The notes under the pieces are model-generated. The model had not been told where the DNA came from. It saw only the letters and a program-made list of their open reading frames with translations, and made no database searches. Shown here one piece after another: positions 39,501 through 41,872 of a stretch of DNA of 41,872 bases. Position numbers and translations under genes: made by a program. Numbering within the stretch: position 1 is the stretch's first letter; every line of letters begins with the position of its first letter. Origin of the DNA: a virus (taxonomy: Duplodnaviria > Caudoviricetes); IMG/VR virus record IMGVR_UViG_3300038675_000167, positions 1-41,872 of that record; one strand, 5' to 3'.

Positions 39501-41825
39501 ATTTATCTATTGCAGATAAAACTAATTTAATTGCTCAATTGGGATAGCTTGGAATAACTGGTATATCTGACTTAGACTTTACTAAAACAGAAGAGGGCTT
39601 AAAATTAAGTTAGGTTGCCGCAACCAGTATTTACCAACAATTAAAACAAATTGATGCTATTCAGGCAAAATTAGTATTTAAAGAGTTGGACGATTCTTTA
39701 AAGGAGACTAATGAGAACTATGAATCTATTTCTTCTATTTTAAATCATATTGCTAAACTTAATGAAGAAATAAGTGACGCTGGGAATGAAACTTCTAATG
39801 CAAGAAAACAACAATATAGCGAAGAATTAGAATTAGCTAAAGAAATTCTTGCTGTTCGCTCTACAACAGAAGATTCTTCATTTAACTTTATGTCCAATAA
39901 AATTCCTAGCGGTCAAAATAATCCATTAAATTATTGGAATAATTGGGCAAAAGGCTGGATGACATTAACAGAAGCTTTTAATAAACCAGAAACATATATA
40001 AAAGATGGCAAAAAAGTAAAATCAGGTTTAATAAATTATTAGGATTGGTACAATTTAGTTACTGAAATGAATAATATTGCTAAGCTTGGTGGATCTTTTA
40101 AAGTTGCAGGAGTAGAATTAGATGGTTCTCTTGAAGCTGCGGCGGAGCTTATTGAAAAAGGTGCTGCTTCTCTTGTTGCTTCTTCTGATACTGGAGAATT
40201 AAAAGTTGCCCTTAGTGGTATGGCTCTTAATTTTGAAAATGGCACGGCTGATTTTTCTTCTGGTATAGATGATGGTATAAAGGCATTAGCAGAAAGTTAG
40301 ATAAAAATGCTTGACGGCATGATTTCTGTACTTGAAACTGTTGTTGCGATGGAAAAATTAGGAGATATTGCCGGTGAAAATGGAGAAATTAAAATTACTG
40401 ATATATTTCCTAATATTGTTTTTGATGAAAAAGGTCAAGTAACTAATTTAAGTGAGATTCATGAATATACTGAAGAATATAGTGACGCATTATATGATTT
40501 AACAAAATTATATAAAGAAAATGAGCAGTTTCGGGAAGGCGCGAAAAATTTCAAAATAAATGGAAAGAGTTTTTCCGAAATTATCGGAATGAGCCCATAG
40601 TAGTTAGCCTCATAGGGAAAAGATTTTATCAAGGCCTATATTACAGCAATAAGAGAAATTGCGGGTGTTGGCGGAGATTGGGACAGCGCATTTGATATTT
40701 TACAACAAAAATTCTTGTCTTTAAACTTTGCAAATGGAACAGAATTTACTTTGGGTGATATTACTTATTATTATTAGGACAATATTGCTTTAATAAAGAA
40801 AGATGGGAAATATTTTGTTGGAGACCAAGCTTTTACAACTCCAGAGGGCGCCATTAAAGCAATAAAAACTTAGGAAATAGCTGATCTTATGGGAGCGGAA
40901 AACGCTCAATCTTCTGAGGAAACTGGCGAAAATACAATTAATATTTTTGGTTAGACAGTAGAAATTATTTATCATGAGAATGGCACAGTTACTTATCAAA
41001 CAACTTGCAATGGAACTACAATTGAAAGTGAGACTCCCGAAGGAATAAAATTAGGTATTTTAGCTTTAATAAAGGATTAGCCTGATTCAGAAGAGACTAT
41101 AACTGAATAGGAATCAAAGACTATTGAAGTTATAATTCAAGGAGTTAAATATGCGGTAAATATTGATGGTGAAGTTAGCGTAGAGGAAGGAAAATCAGTA
41201 GATGCAGATATAGAAACTGCATTAGCTAAAGCTTATAAAGAAAATTTTACTTCTCCACAAGAAGTATATACTACAGCTGATGCCTCTGTTAATATTGATA
41301 ACTTAACTGTTATTCCTCAAAAAGTGGATGTAGATTGGTCACAAATTAATAGTGCTTATGATTTTAATTTATCAACTGCAACAGCGAATCTTATCAATTT
41401 AATCTTAACTGGAACACCAACTGTTATCGAAGGAGAAAATTTTGTAAAACCAGTAGAATTACCTAATAATATCCCAGAGATTACGGTTAGAATTGCTAAG
41501 TTAATATATGATAAAGTAGCATAGGGCTTTGAACAAGTAGATAATATTTAGTCTATAATTAATAGCGTTGAGGATGGATGGAAACAGTCTAAAACAATAG
41601 ATATATTAGTGTCTTCTTTAAAATTCATTCTTGAATAGACAGAGGGCACTGATAATATTAATGATAGTGAAATTTAGAATACAATTGCAGCATATAATGA
41701 TATTCCAGTAGGGGACAAAAAAGCAATTATTGGTTCTTTATTTTTAACCGCAACTTCTGTTAATGGAAACGATGTCAGAAATATAGCACAAGTAAAATTA
41801 AATGAATTATTAAAAGCTTTTAATG
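33530..41825 (+). CDS. Tape measure protein, more than 2760 aa, heavily TAG-recoded, 3' truncated
   Basis: All + track fragments from 34043 to 41324 are in frame with ATG 33530; core TMP domain around 34800-35700 (ELAVAMSKTAS...IGSAMKSIASR...FAGNRQQSRFLAL). Confidence 0.85.
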
Positions 41826-41872
41826 AGATCGGAAGAGCGTCGTGTAGGGAAAGAGTGTCTTCGCCTGTGTAG
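41826..41872 (+). other. Illumina TruSeq adapter read-through (artefact)
   Basis: AGATCGGAAGAGCGTCGTGTAGGGAAAGAGTGT, 8-nt index CTTCGCCT, then GTGTAG. Confidence 0.98.

Noticed and set aside
20237-40999. Minus-strand track ORFs in the structural module (e.g. 20237..20506, 32051..32320, 33883..34323, 35101..35385)
   Set aside because: Antisense to continuous recoded + strand genes and without expression signals.
19234-41825. Degraded prophage with pseudogenised structural genes
   Set aside because: Interruptions are TAG only, with no frameshifts, and catalytic motifs are intact, which indicates recoding rather than decay.

Overview
Fragment of a large tailed (siphovirus-like) phage genome, probably of a Bacillota host (sigmaA promoters with TG-extended -10, AbrB, CIRCE). 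Layout: (1) 1-1983, a partial nicotinamidase-like gene and a divergent SF2 helicase; (2) 1984-2890, an AT-rich non-coding region with hairpins and duplicated promoters (possible origin); (3) 2894-17723, an array of about 35 self-contained expression cassettes, each delimited by an invariant 19-bp palindrome TTAGATGTT(A/T)AACATCTAA that lies exactly 9 bp upstream of a -35 box in 33 of 36 cases, with terminators folded around stop codons and a shared structured 5' leader in 11 cassettes; (4) 17600-17990, a block of host-type operators (four CIRCE elements at 49-bp period interleaved with GTTAG-N6-CTAAC palindromes, plus WalR-like boxes), followed by a PD-(D/E)xK-like gene; (5) 19234 to the end, a virion morphogenesis module in SPbeta-like order (terminase, portal, protease/scaffold, capsid, neck, tail tube, giant tape measure). 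The helicase and most late genes read TAG as a sense codon (genetic code 15, probably Gln), which is why the supplied ORF track is fragmented. The last 47 bp are Illumina adapter. All counts are by hand; no database searches were possible.
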